From the IMG/VR virus record IMGVR_UViG_3300021560_000040, positions 1 to 37,345 of that record: a stretch of DNA of 37,345 nucleotides. The stretch is one strand, 5' to 3'. Below the pieces are notes generated by a model that saw nothing but the letters and a program-made list of their open reading frames with translations, had not been told where the DNA came from and searched no databases. Each line of letters begins with the position of its first letter. Positions within the stretch are counted from its first letter, which is position 1. The stretch is from a virus (Duplodnaviria; Caudoviricetes). Both the position numbers and the translations under genes were made by a program. Of this stretch, positions 19,401 through 27,341 are shown piece after piece.

Positions 19401-20481
19401 CCAAAAATCCCTCCTCTACCTCTCAGGTCGGGCACGCGCCACCCCAGAGGAAATCGCCGCTGTCTCTGACGAAGCTGCCCAGTGGCAAATGGACCCCACC
19501 GACCTCGTTGGCGCCAAACTCGCCACTCGCGCACTCGCAGACACCTACACCATTCCCCCACTCGAAAACTCAGTCCTCCGCTTCGTCTTCCCCTTCTGGG
19601 GATGGACGCGCACCATCCTCCGTCGCACCTGGCAGCTTCCACTCGAACACCCCCTCCGCTTCGCGATCCTCAACTCTCTCTCGATGACCGCCATCGGCAA
19701 CAACTCTTCCTACCCCGACTTCCTGATGCGGCTCTTCTTCCTCGGTGCCCCAGACAAGTCCGGCAACCAACTCGTCTTCGACCTCCGCCAGTGGAATCCG
19801 TTCCGCGATGTTGCCTCCTATCTCACATGGGGGGGTGTTGTCGCATCAATGAACCCATTCCTCTCAGCAGCGTTTGAATCTGCATATGGCATTGACTCAG
19901 CGACAGGAACACCGCAACTATATCCCGAGTTGACATACGACTCATTCTATGGCTCTCAAACTCCCGTAGAAGGCGAGTCATATCCGCTAGCTTTTCTCCA
20001 ACAGCTATCGCCGCAAATTGCAACTCTAATGGGTGTTCTATCGAAGAACTCCGTCCTTCGGCAAGAAGCCTATAACGATCCATCGAAACTACCGTATCTG
20101 ATTGCCGACTCTGTTGGGTTCCCTTGGATTCCATATCGCCTTAACCTCACGCAAGAACAACTGCACACTCAAACCGACCGCTACTCAATCGCCTCCGCCG
20201 CGGTCCAGCGTGCTCTCCAATCCAACGACATGTCCGCGCTCGATGGTTTCTCCGGCTATCTCCCACTCCCGACTCCCGGTGGAACCTTCATAGCACCGAA
20301 GTCCTACATCGCCCAAATCATCGCCGGTGCCCAGTCCGTCAACCTCCCGGCATCGCAAGTCTTCGCGCCGCCCTCCTACGCCTCTCCCTATATGCCTAAC
20401 TACCTCGGGGCAACAGTCGCAAACGCCCCAACTAGGGCCGAGGAAGGCCCAATAGCAATGGCAACTGGTTTGGTTAGCTAA
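16456..20481 (+). CDS. Large internal virion / ejection protein (1341 aa)
   Basis: Last and largest structural gene, helical, with the RFVFPFWGWTR motif seen in large podovirus ejection proteins. Confidence 0.7.
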   Translation: MAHPPIPEFSKWEQNWNGREVWAKNNNIPAADFQQVLQADYKRLTNPNGYGTPMGDSEVFTTLSAMQRGYSPFRTPSDTPPTVFQNPAKAVYNNLQDIVTGLFHAPGVLINDFTQAIRGHPHPLFNTLANLIPGYTDITSLFSPSGRHYLASNPLSDILDFQGFGRLGDLAATGLAHAGMDGAAATLRAIPDHPIANAVRGYTLDAIAKSKYLSTRAENITNVLGQGGYLPSQKPILRGIAASQQQLYRARAYPRTPLLSPGESLQALFSKVAQSAPDETFSHMQSLVRNLSPEQIRNVESVMTNRHLTYPEANHTISEPIDTATYMTDPGFNGEAKQLMKALAESTSALQTSHIIAGDLHIVTHPTDGSTGVTPVDGRWDAYERRYTQLLEAFWKKEAIWANDQTRLDEAEAFLYRNSHRLPETVRQSLPGSSDYPLRGATRYLSDFFYYNREGFSRRYAASPRSQKAFLRRIDTLFGPGSVPGQGLFRKLQSELDTLAPSAERVSTLTKTLLARTRALPADFPAKQWMLDTLIAIRKYAGLSPNSNKSWLMILRGRIPRVTEDMNQARRTFRDHDANLQSTWNRYTQLEYQSMVNEHYFKLVREYYTSHYSTGEIAVTKDLRRNIERLTRFHPGGQVGELTPEIASNAFNAAEQLWDTSPDLRALIPDYEREEMINSAYMMIDEWKRQNLSPPIYVLPVSHEDVVRFQEHPQALMKLGQVSQLRHDPVTREQLPFGKAFRPTVAIPKDSIGLYHQAINDSLIYDFFLPKTIDPSTFAQMAMDEAESMGTRHITPDEAIAQYKDRHQYVEWSPTTMAELTPHARTESTALASTVYIRRYDLNLIDRSLRQINADIKGAYNKVMQVYRFGILNISPRYAMHLAAGGGLMTLLSMSHPVIDTIRFTRQSLNMAMHPDRSPLPVYISPHAGETDIHGRIVASPIESAQLLPGFKLGGLMQQGWIKQGLKPLEGWRRFLERIVLFQKSLLYLSGRARATPEEIAAVSDEAAQWQMDPTDLVGAKLATRALADTYTIPPLENSVLRFVFPFWGWTRTILRRTWQLPLEHPLRFAILNSLSMTAIGNNSSYPDFLMRLFFLGAPDKSGNQLVFDLRQWNPFRDVASYLTWGGVVASMNPFLSAAFESAYGIDSATGTPQLYPELTYDSFYGSQTPVEGESYPLAFLQQLSPQIATLMGVLSKNSVLRQEAYNDPSKLPYLIADSVGFPWIPYRLNLTQEQLHTQTDRYSIASAAVQRALQSNDMSALDGFSGYLPLPTPGGTFIAPKSYIAQIIAGAQSVNLPASQVFAPPSYASPYMPNYLGATVANAPTRAEEGPIAMATGLVS

Positions 20482-20524
20482 CCCCAATCAAACCCTAATC
20501 ACCCATCAAAAGGAGTCTGTCTCT

Positions 20525-20863
20525 ATGGGCCTCCACGACGATCCGACCCCGCCTCCCGCGAACTACCCGACCCACCGGACTCTCCCCGATGGCACCGTGG
20601 TCCGCATCGAACCCCCGCGCACCACCAAACTCCGCCAGCTCCTCATCCACAACACGTACCCCCAGTACGTCGTCGCAGGGGCCTGCCACATTCACCCGGT
20701 CCAACTCTCCTACTACGCGCTCGGTCGCAAACCGATCCCTACCCACCACCTCGTCGCCCTATGCGCGTACTTCGAGCGAGAACCCGAAGATATCCTCGGG
20801 TACGTCAACCTCCCGGATGTTGTCGATTGGATCGACAAGTCCGAGAAGGGCCGGTCATCCTAA
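20525..20863 (+). CDS. XRE-family HTH protein
   Basis: SD AAGGAG; KLRQLL....PQYVVAGACHIHPVQLSYYALGRKPIP..HLVALCAYFEREPEDIL fits the XRE fold. Confidence 0.75.
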   Translation: MGLHDDPTPPPANYPTHRTLPDGTVVRIEPPRTTKLRQLLIHNTYPQYVVAGACHIHPVQLSYYALGRKPIPTHHLVALCAYFEREPEDILGYVNLPDVVDWIDKSEKGRSS

Positions 20864-21585
20864 TGGCTTGGTTCGCCTGCGCCACGCGACGCCCAATCGC
20901 GGCCAACACCGGAGGCCCTCTCAACCCCAATCTCGGTTGCCTCCTCCACCACGCGGTCACCGACGCCGACTCCCTCTTCTCCCAGTTCAACTCGCCCTCC
21001 GCAGGTGTCTCGGCGCACTTCTACATCACCCAGGCGGGCCTCATCGAGCAGTACGTGGACACCGCCTACGTCGCATGGCACGCGCGCGACCTCAACATCA
21101 ACTACGTCGGCGTCGAAACCCAGGGTTGCGCACAACCTCCCTACGCAGACCCAATGTCCGACGCGATGGTCAACGCATTCGCCCGCCTCTACGCCGAGGG
21201 TATGCAGATTCACCGTTGGCCTGCCGTCCTCATCTCCCAGAAGGGCCAGTCAGGCTTCGGCTACCACCGTCTCCCCGGAAGTGAGAATGGACCGGGTGGG
21301 CGCTATCCGACAGGGTGTCCCTGTGATGTCCGCATGAACACCAGACAACGCATTCTCGACATCGCCACAGCATCTCCAGAACAGATCGGACAGGAAGACA
21401 TGGTTCTCTTGGTTCAAAACCCCAACAACAAGGGTTGGGCGATCCTCGATATCGCCACCGGCACATACAAGGGCCTCTCCGATGCCTCAGTCCTCGACTT
21501 CTATCAGCGCAACGGAGTCCCAACAGCCAATCCCCAGCCGTCAGCATCTCAATGGTCGAAGTTCAAGCAGTCAGGGACGATATAA
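20863..21585 (+). CDS. Endolysin, N-acetylmuramoyl-L-alanine amidase (Amidase_2-like)
   Basis: LLHHAVT, SAHFYI, EQYVD...AWHA, VGVE, GYHR, TGCP zinc-amidase motifs; TAATG coupling. Confidence 0.88.
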   Translation: MAWFACATRRPIAANTGGPLNPNLGCLLHHAVTDADSLFSQFNSPSAGVSAHFYITQAGLIEQYVDTAYVAWHARDLNINYVGVETQGCAQPPYADPMSDAMVNAFARLYAEGMQIHRWPAVLISQKGQSGFGYHRLPGSENGPGGRYPTGCPCDVRMNTRQRILDIATASPEQIGQEDMVLLVQNPNNKGWAILDIATGTYKGLSDASVLDFYQRNGVPTANPQPSASQWSKFKQSGTI

Positions 21586-21791
21586 TCCCGCGCCCGTCAT
21601 GGCAGGGAATCGCCGCAGTCATTCTTGCCGCCTTCTCGGGCTTGTCGATCTTCACCATCGCCTTCGGCTCGATCTTCACCCACAAGTACGTCCTCAGCTC
21701 CGAGGAATCCACGCTCATCGGGACGGTCGTCGGTGCGTCCGTGGGGGCGGTCGCGACGTACCTGTCGATCCGCAACGGCGGTCACGACTAG
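21552..21791 (+). CDS. Holin-like protein with two TM helices (start ATG 21552 or ATA 21582)
   Basis: GIAAVILAAFSGLSIFTIAFGSIF and LIGTVVGASVGAVATYL; directly after endolysin. Confidence 0.7.
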   Translation: MVEVQAVRDDIIPRPSWQGIAAVILAAFSGLSIFTIAFGSIFTHKYVLSSEESTLIGTVVGASVGAVATYLSIRNGGHD

Positions 21792-21826
21792 GCGGCTACT
21801 CACCCCGGAGAGCACATAGCCACATA

Positions 21827-22029
21827 GCGGATATCGGATACCTAGATATCCGCCATAGTCCATGGATATCCGTATACCCAGATATCCCGTCTAGTAGAAT
21901 AAACTGAATGTCCAGGTCGCGGAGCTAAATATCTAAATATCCACCTTAAGAGCGTATACTTAGATATCCCTAAGAGGCTTTCCAGATATATGAATATACG
22001 CCAAGAGAGTGGATATCTCGCGGAGCTAA
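21827..22029. repeat. AT-enriched non-coding block with six GATATC palindromes; candidate origin or operator array
   Basis: GATATC at 21830, 21845, 21865, 21881, 21963, 22012; TCGCGGAGCTAA at 21917 and 22018; inverted repeat GCGGATATC/GATATCCGC. Confidence 0.7.
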
Positions 22030-22113
22030 TACATAGAAGAAAGGTGGGGGCCTTCCGTGACACCAAGAATCCCTTGCTTCGTCCACCGCCGCGCGCCTAG
22101 GCTCAGGCATCAC

Positions 22114-22173
22114 GCGCTCCCCCGTCCCCTGGCGGGCGAGTCCCCTCCAGGGGACGCCAGGGGCGGGGGGCGC
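22114..22173 (+). other. Long GC-rich stem-loop upstream of the replication module
   Basis: GCGCTCCCCCGTCCCCTGGC / GCCAGGGGCGGGGGGCGC with inner GTCCCC-TCCA-GGGGAC. Confidence 0.6.
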
Positions 22174-22205
22174 CGCCACCTTTTCGCCCGAGGAGGTAAT
22201 CACCG

Positions 22206-22772
22206 ATGAGTGATGATTCTGAGTTCCTTCGGCTCATCTCCGGTGAAAGCGACAATGCTGAGTTCACGTCGTTCAACGAACTCGTCGCTGAACTTGAACC
22301 GCTCATCATCTCTCATCCTGAGGCAGTCGTTCATCATGGGAAGCTCCCCAAGTTAAAGTCCGGGGAGAAGGCAGATACTGTCAAGGTAATGTTGACTCTG
22401 CCCAGTCAACTAGACGCCATCCTCAATCGCTTCATTGGGACCCGTGGACTCCTTCCCGAGTTCGACACGAAACAAGACTTCATCCGCTTCTGCACTATCG
22501 TCGGTGTCTCTGTCAGCTTACGACACGTTGAGGACGAGAAGGTAGTCGCCACCTACAATCAACTCATGGCGCAACAGAATGCTATGGATAAGCTGCAATC
22601 TCAGGAACACGATCTTGAATTCTATAAGAAAATGAGGGAAGCAAGCGGTAACGAAAGTCTCTCTCGCTCTGCCAAACGGGAGCTAATGATGAGTATAGAA
22701 GCCGTCCATCTATCTGACCCAGAACTCGACGCTCAACTGCACGGCCTGTACTGGGGATCACTTGACCAATGA
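22206..22772 (+). CDS. Putative ribbon-helix-helix DNA-binding protein
   Basis: SD AGGAGGT; KVMLTLPSQLDAILNRFI...FDTKQDFIRFC resembles the CopG/RHH pattern. Confidence 0.5.
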   Translation: MSDDSEFLRLISGESDNAEFTSFNELVAELEPLIISHPEAVVHHGKLPKLKSGEKADTVKVMLTLPSQLDAILNRFIGTRGLLPEFDTKQDFIRFCTIVGVSVSLRHVEDEKVVATYNQLMAQQNAMDKLQSQEHDLEFYKKMREASGNESLSRSAKRELMMSIEAVHLSDPELDAQLHGLYWGSLDQ

Positions 22773-23739
22773 TGAATCCCCCACCTGGCTATCACATCTC
22801 CGTCCTCACCAACCCACCGCCATACAATCCATCCTGGAACACTACACATCCAACAACGATATCGTCTTCCTCGAAGCACCTACAGGTTCAGGAAAGACGC
22901 TTATCGCCGAGATGGTTCGACAAAACCTTGGTGGTCGATGTCTTTACCTGTGCTCCTCAATCTCCCTGCAACGACAGTTCCTTCGTGATTATCCATACGC
23001 GTCGCTCCTCATGGGTCGCGCGAACTATCCGACTCTTAACCATCCTTCACGTTATGACCCCCACAACACGGCGTTCTCCCTCTCCTGTGCTGACTGCACA
23101 AAACACAAGGTAACCGACCACTGGGAGTGTGACTGGTGCGATCCTGTTCTCAACTGTCCCTACGAGTCAGCCAAAATCTCCGCAGTCCGTTCCCCACTCG
23201 CCTGTACCAACACGTTCTACTTCCTCTACGAAGTGAACTATGTCGGCGCCTTGGGTGGACGCGACCTGATTGTCGTAGACGAAGCCGACACACTCGAACG
23301 CACCCTCATGTCATTCATCACGGTCGAAATCACCCAACGGCGCGTAGAGGAATTCGAACTCCCCACCCCTGACAAGAAGACCGTCGCATCATCCTGGCTA
23401 TCCTGGGCACAAGAGACTAAGGAACACGTTGACCGACTCGTCCGCCGCCACCACCAACAGCCGCTTTTCAAAGCGGAACCGGACCTACGCGACGTTAAGA
23501 GAGCTAATCGCCTCTCTACTCTTCGATCCGACATCAACCGCCTGCTCGATCCAACATACGGCCTTGAACAAGGAAACTGGGTCTACGACGGTTACCGTGA
23601 CAATCACATTATCTTCAAACCCATCACAGTGGCTCCCTATGCTCGGGATTATCTCTGGCGCCACGGAGTCCGCTGGCTCTTAATGTCAGCCACCATTATC
23701 TCTGTAGACGAGATGAAGGAATCACTAGGTGTCGATTGA
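22762..23739 (+). CDS. DinG/XPD-like SF2 helicase, N-terminal half (motifs Q, I, II, III and Cys cluster)
   Basis: LRPHQ, EAPTGSGKT, GRANY, CADC..C..C...CPY, VVDEAD, LMSAT; stops shortly after motif III. Confidence 0.88.
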   Translation: MTNDESPTWLSHLRPHQPTAIQSILEHYTSNNDIVFLEAPTGSGKTLIAEMVRQNLGGRCLYLCSSISLQRQFLRDYPYASLLMGRANYPTLNHPSRYDPHNTAFSLSCADCTKHKVTDHWECDWCDPVLNCPYESAKISAVRSPLACTNTFYFLYEVNYVGALGGRDLIVVDEADTLERTLMSFITVEITQRRVEEFELPTPDKKTVASSWLSWAQETKEHVDRLVRRHHQQPLFKAEPDLRDVKRANRLSTLRSDINRLLDPTYGLEQGNWVYDGYRDNHIIFKPITVAPYARDYLWRHGVRWLLMSATIISVDEMKESLGVD

Positions 23740-24007
23740 ACCCATCCCCACTCCACCCACTATCCCCTCCGATGACTCCACCACCCACCACCGTTCCGGC
23801 TGGTACCGTTCCCAGCGCCTCGACATAGTGAACGGGTCACTGTCCATTCAGCACGCAAAAGAAGGAGGCTGGATGAAACTACGCGTCTTCCCCAAATACG
23901 AGAACGCCCAACGAGCAGTCGCCATCCTCAACGCATCAGAGGTCGAATCACTCCTCGACCTCATCATGCAGTACACGCACGGCGAGAACATCGTCCAGGA
24001 CGCCTAA
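23729..24007 (+). CDS. Hypothetical protein inserted between helicase halves (92 aa)
   Basis: SD AAGGA at 23716-23720, GTG 23729; TAATG coupling to the next ORF. Confidence 0.6.
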   Translation: MSIEPIPTPPTIPSDDSTTHHRSGWYRSQRLDIVNGSLSIQHAKEGGWMKLRVFPKYENAQRAVAILNASEVESLLDLIMQYTHGENIVQDA

Positions 24008-24312
24008 TGACAACACCTACTACATCACACACAACACACTGGGACCCCTACACGCCAGAAGAACTCTCCGCCCTATTCGACTGGTGGTTCGGTCGCACCA
24101 AGAAACTCCCCACGTTCATCATGACAACCGGCAGATGGATCGAGACTGTCCGTGCCCTACAAGACCGCCTTAGTCAAAGTTCCGTCCACGTTCCCGCCAT
24201 CGTCCCGCCCGATCTACATCTACCCTACCGCCTCGATGTCTCATCGCAACAAGGAACAAGCGTACCCGTTGATGGCAACGGCCGTCCAATCAATCCTTCA
24301 ACGACATCCTAA
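24007..24312 (+). CDS. Hypothetical protein inserted between helicase halves (101 aa; 3' half overlaps helicase C gene)
   Basis: Coupled ATG; first ~55 aa look protein-like (YTPEELSALFDWW...RWIETVRALQDRL). Confidence 0.5.
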   Translation: MTTPTTSHTTHWDPYTPEELSALFDWWFGRTKKLPTFIMTTGRWIETVRALQDRLSQSSVHVPAIVPPDLHLPYRLDVSSQQGTSVPVDGNGRPINPSTTS

Positions 24313-24802
24313 TGACAGAATCCTCGTCCACACCGTCTCCTACGACCTCACCCGATACCTGGACGACCGCCTACGACAGTCTGATCCTGGAGACCATCTC
24401 ATTGTGTCGTACACAGGCCCGTCTGATCGAGACTATGCAATCCGAACTTACACCGGCAACCCTGGGGGAGTCCTACTCGCTCCGTCCTTGGATCGAGGAC
24501 TTGACCTCCCTGACGACGATTGCAGGGTCATTGTTGTATGCAAAGTCCCTTACCCCAACCTCGGAGACAAGCAAGTCAACGCCCGAATCCATTCAAAGGG
24601 AGGAGAACTCTGGTACATAGTCCAAACCATTCGCTCTCTCGTCCAGATGACCGGTCGGGGAATGCGGTCGGAGTCAGACTACTGCGCCTCCTACATCCTC
24701 GACACCCAGTTCATCAACTCCATCTACCGTAAATACCGTCATCTGCTTCCCTCCTGGTGGAAGGAAGCCCTAATCACCCAAGGACTCGGCAAACTGATAT
24801 GA
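24152..24802 (+). CDS. DinG/XPD-like helicase, C-terminal half (Helicase_C_2-like)
   Basis: VPSTFP..RPIY, ILVHTVSY, LAPSLDRGLDL.DD.CR..VVCKVPYP, QMTGRGMRSESDYC..YILD. Confidence 0.88.
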   Translation: MPYKTALVKVPSTFPPSSRPIYIYPTASMSHRNKEQAYPLMATAVQSILQRHPNDRILVHTVSYDLTRYLDDRLRQSDPGDHLIVSYTGPSDRDYAIRTYTGNPGGVLLAPSLDRGLDLPDDDCRVIVVCKVPYPNLGDKQVNARIHSKGGELWYIVQTIRSLVQMTGRGMRSESDYCASYILDTQFINSIYRKYRHLLPSWWKEALITQGLGKLI

Positions 24803-25545
24803 CCATCGAACAGTGGGAATCCTTCTTCGGCTCCGGCCTCCGCACGGACTACGACCTGACAATCGATGTCGCTTCCTTCGGCACAGATGCTTCCTACAAC
24901 AACGGGCAAACCTGGCTCCTCCTCCTCACTGGCCACGACGAGAACGATGATGTCGTCTCCGAGATGTTCTCTGTCGGCGATAAGTGGGAGTCCCTCGACG
25001 GCGGCTTCACCCTCTCGCGTCCCGATGGCAAGGGCACAATCAATCGCAACTCCAACTACGGCAAGTTCTGCCAGTACGCCGCCGAAGCCATTCAGAAGGC
25101 CGGTGAATCCTGGATATTCACCGCCAACCCCTTCGACTCGCGCATCTGGCTCAACACGCATTGGCACTTCACAGAAAAAGTCGCGATGGCGGCGTGGCAC
25201 AACCGCGCCACCAACGAGGACATCCCGGAGCGCAAGCGTGCCTTCCCCGACACCTACCTCGGGCGCGTGGCAGACGTGCCTCCATCGACCCCGCTGATCG
25301 GTCTCGGCTCGCCTCCAGCGCCCTCGAACGGTCTCGCCGGTCCCATTCCCCCCGCCGCTGCTCCTGCGGCCCCACAGGTCTCCAATTCATTCGATGCCCT
25401 AAGCACCCTGGCGCGTTCCTCCGCCACTCAGTCCGCATTCGCCGCGGCTGCTGTCCAGATCGAGTCGGTTGCTGCTGACGACACCCTCCTTCGTGATGTG
25501 CTCGACGTGACCGACCAAGGCTTCTATGCTCGGAACCACGGCTAA
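24799..25545 (+). CDS. Hypothetical protein, possibly ssDNA-binding
   Basis: ATGA overlap at 24799; beta-rich N-domain and Pro/Ala linker; function inferred from context only. Confidence 0.6.
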   Translation: MTIEQWESFFGSGLRTDYDLTIDVASFGTDASYNNGQTWLLLLTGHDENDDVVSEMFSVGDKWESLDGGFTLSRPDGKGTINRNSNYGKFCQYAAEAIQKAGESWIFTANPFDSRIWLNTHWHFTEKVAMAAWHNRATNEDIPERKRAFPDTYLGRVADVPPSTPLIGLGSPPAPSNGLAGPIPPAAAPAAPQVSNSFDALSTLARSSATQSAFAAAAVQIESVAADDTLLRDVLDVTDQGFYARNHG

Positions 25546-25563
25546 TAGAAAGAAGAACTCACC

Positions 25564-26163
25564 ATGACCGTGGAAAACACTTGGGACGACGCCCTTTCCG
25601 ACGACGACCCTGACACCGACGACTCCGACGACTCCAACTCCCCCGACGACGACTCCGAGGAAGGTGTCCTCGCCACCATCGACTCGATGATCCCGGACGA
25701 CTCGTCCCTTGCCGGACTCGCCCTCGCATTCGAGCCTCGCCCGTCCACCCTCCGTCCGGTTCGCCCGTCCCCTCTCCCGCGCGTCGTCCTTGCGTGGGAG
25801 GAGTACGTCGATGTCCTGACCGATCCCCACAACATCGGGCGGACGATGCGCCTGTTCCGCTACGTGGATGACGGCGTGTACGTGGAGGTTGGTGAGGAGG
25901 GCAAGCGGCGTTCTGTCCTCCGCGCCAAGCACCAGGCCCAGCAGCGCGCCCGTTCCGTCCGCAGTCGTCTCCGCAAGACTCGGATGCAGCAGGTCTGGGA
26001 GGTGACGGCGGAGAAGGCTGGTGACTCCTCGTGGTGTGTCTACATCTCCTACGAGGGGCTGGCTACCCCCGAGGAACTTGCCCGTCGCGCCGAAGTCAAC
26101 GCACAGCGGGCGGAACGCGGTCGGCAGATGGCCGCTGACCGCATCGCGCAGGCCACTGACTGA
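25564..26163 (+). CDS. Hypothetical protein with acidic N-terminus and basic C-domain
   Basis: 199 aa, codon bias. Confidence 0.7.
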   Translation: MTVENTWDDALSDDDPDTDDSDDSNSPDDDSEEGVLATIDSMIPDDSSLAGLALAFEPRPSTLRPVRPSPLPRVVLAWEEYVDVLTDPHNIGRTMRLFRYVDDGVYVEVGEEGKRRSVLRAKHQAQQRARSVRSRLRKTRMQQVWEVTAEKAGDSSWCVYISYEGLATPEELARRAEVNAQRAERGRQMAADRIAQATD

Positions 26164-26258
26164 CGCAGCTCCGGGCCGTCAGTCAGTTGAGGGGGAGGGG
26201 TGTCGGCGTACTTGTCCTTTCCGCCGATGCCCCTCCCCAATCCCCCATCGAAAGGACA
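26155..26258 (+). promoter_or_regulatory. Tandem hairpins; loop of the second is complementary to the downstream SD
   Basis: ACTGACTGACG/CGTCAGTCAGT (26155-26187); 17-bp stem 26192-26238 with two G-U pairs; loop TGTCCTTTC vs GAAAGGACA at 26250-26258. Confidence 0.65.
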
Positions 26259-26265
26259 CACCCCA

Positions 26266-27276
26266 ATGCCCACCGATCTTGACTACCCCTGCGTCTTCAC
26301 CAATTCCTCCGGCACCACCCTCTATCGCGCTTCCACCCTCCTCAATTGCCCCCGCACTTTCATCTTCACCCGCAAATCCTTCCCCCAGTCCCCTCTCCCC
26401 ACCCCCCTCGCCACTGCATTCACCGAGGGCCATACCCTCGAACCACACGTTCTCGCCATCCTCCAATCGCGCGGCTACCACGTCTACTCCCTCGGCCGCG
26501 AAATCACTCTCCCTCTCCCCCCGTTGTCTTCAACTCCATCCTCCCTCGCCATCATCGGTCACATTGACGCTCTCGCCAAACACCCCGACACCGAAGAACT
26601 CGTCACCGAAGTCAAGTCTCTCTCCCATGAGAACACTGAACTCTTCCGCAACGACTGGCTGACGCACTTCCCTGCCTACGCCTACCAACTCTCCTGTTAC
26701 ATGCTCTCTCTTCGACGCAAAGGTCTATTCGCCATCTATGACAAAGACGAAAAGGAACTCCATCTCATCAACGTCCCCACTGCACCCATCCCTCTCGACG
26801 CAATCGTCGCGCGCGTTGAGTCACTTGAAAGGGATGCGATGGTCAATGCTGCCACCGACGATCTACCCGAATGCACTAAGGACACATACTGTCCATTCTG
26901 GACTCTCCATGCCGAGTATGCCGACGAGCCATATAATCTTGACTCCGACCCTACCCTCCTCGCGCTTACTGCTGCGTACTCGGCTCTATCTACGCGAGTG
27001 GCGATATTCTCTAAGGCGCGCGATTCACTCCGCAGTCAACTGGAGGAATACTTAAATGCCCGCTCGATTACTGACGGTAGTGGGCGGGATTATAGTCTAC
27101 GTCTATCTCATGTCACGTCTCGGCGGCTGGATAGCTCGGCGGTTACACGCTACCTCCGCGAATCCAACCTGCTATCAACATACCAAATCACTTCCTCCTA
27201 TGACCGTCTGACGGTTACCAAGAAGGAATCCCCTACCACCGACACCCCATCAACAGAGAAGCCCCCGGTGAGTTAG
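26266..27276 (+). CDS. PD-(D/E)xK exonuclease (Cas4/YqaJ-like)
   Basis: RAS.L..CPR, G...E, GHID, EVKS, YQL..YM, C....CPF; SD AAAGGA; ATG 26266. Confidence 0.85.
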   Translation: MPTDLDYPCVFTNSSGTTLYRASTLLNCPRTFIFTRKSFPQSPLPTPLATAFTEGHTLEPHVLAILQSRGYHVYSLGREITLPLPPLSSTPSSLAIIGHIDALAKHPDTEELVTEVKSLSHENTELFRNDWLTHFPAYAYQLSCYMLSLRRKGLFAIYDKDEKELHLINVPTAPIPLDAIVARVESLERDAMVNAATDDLPECTKDTYCPFWTLHAEYADEPYNLDSDPTLLALTAAYSALSTRVAIFSKARDSLRSQLEEYLNARSITDGSGRDYSLRLSHVTSRRLDSSAVTRYLRESNLLSTYQITSSYDRLTVTKKESPTTDTPSTEKPPVS

Positions 27277-27292
27277 GCCGGGGGCTTCTTCT
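27257..27292 (+). terminator. Intrinsic terminator-like hairpin spanning the nuclease stop codon
   Basis: AGAAGCCCCCGG / CCGGGGGCTTCT, 3' arm running into a TTCTTCT tail. Confidence 0.65.
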
Positions 27293-27341
27293 GTGACATC
27301 ACCTGGACCGGCCACGACATAACCGGCAACGAAAGGATACC

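Noticed and set aside
21827-22029. Possible CRISPR or mini-array
   Set aside because: Repeats are only 6-12 bp with irregular spacing. The Cas4-like nuclease fits a phage recombination exonuclease, and no cas operon is present.
23734-24136. Matching GAT codons exactly 400 nt apart, just before the helicase-N stop and in frame with helicase-C, suggesting T4 gene 60-style ribosomal bypass
   Set aside because: A 3-nt match is expected by chance, no take-off hairpin was seen, known hops are far shorter, and the gap encodes its own ORFs.
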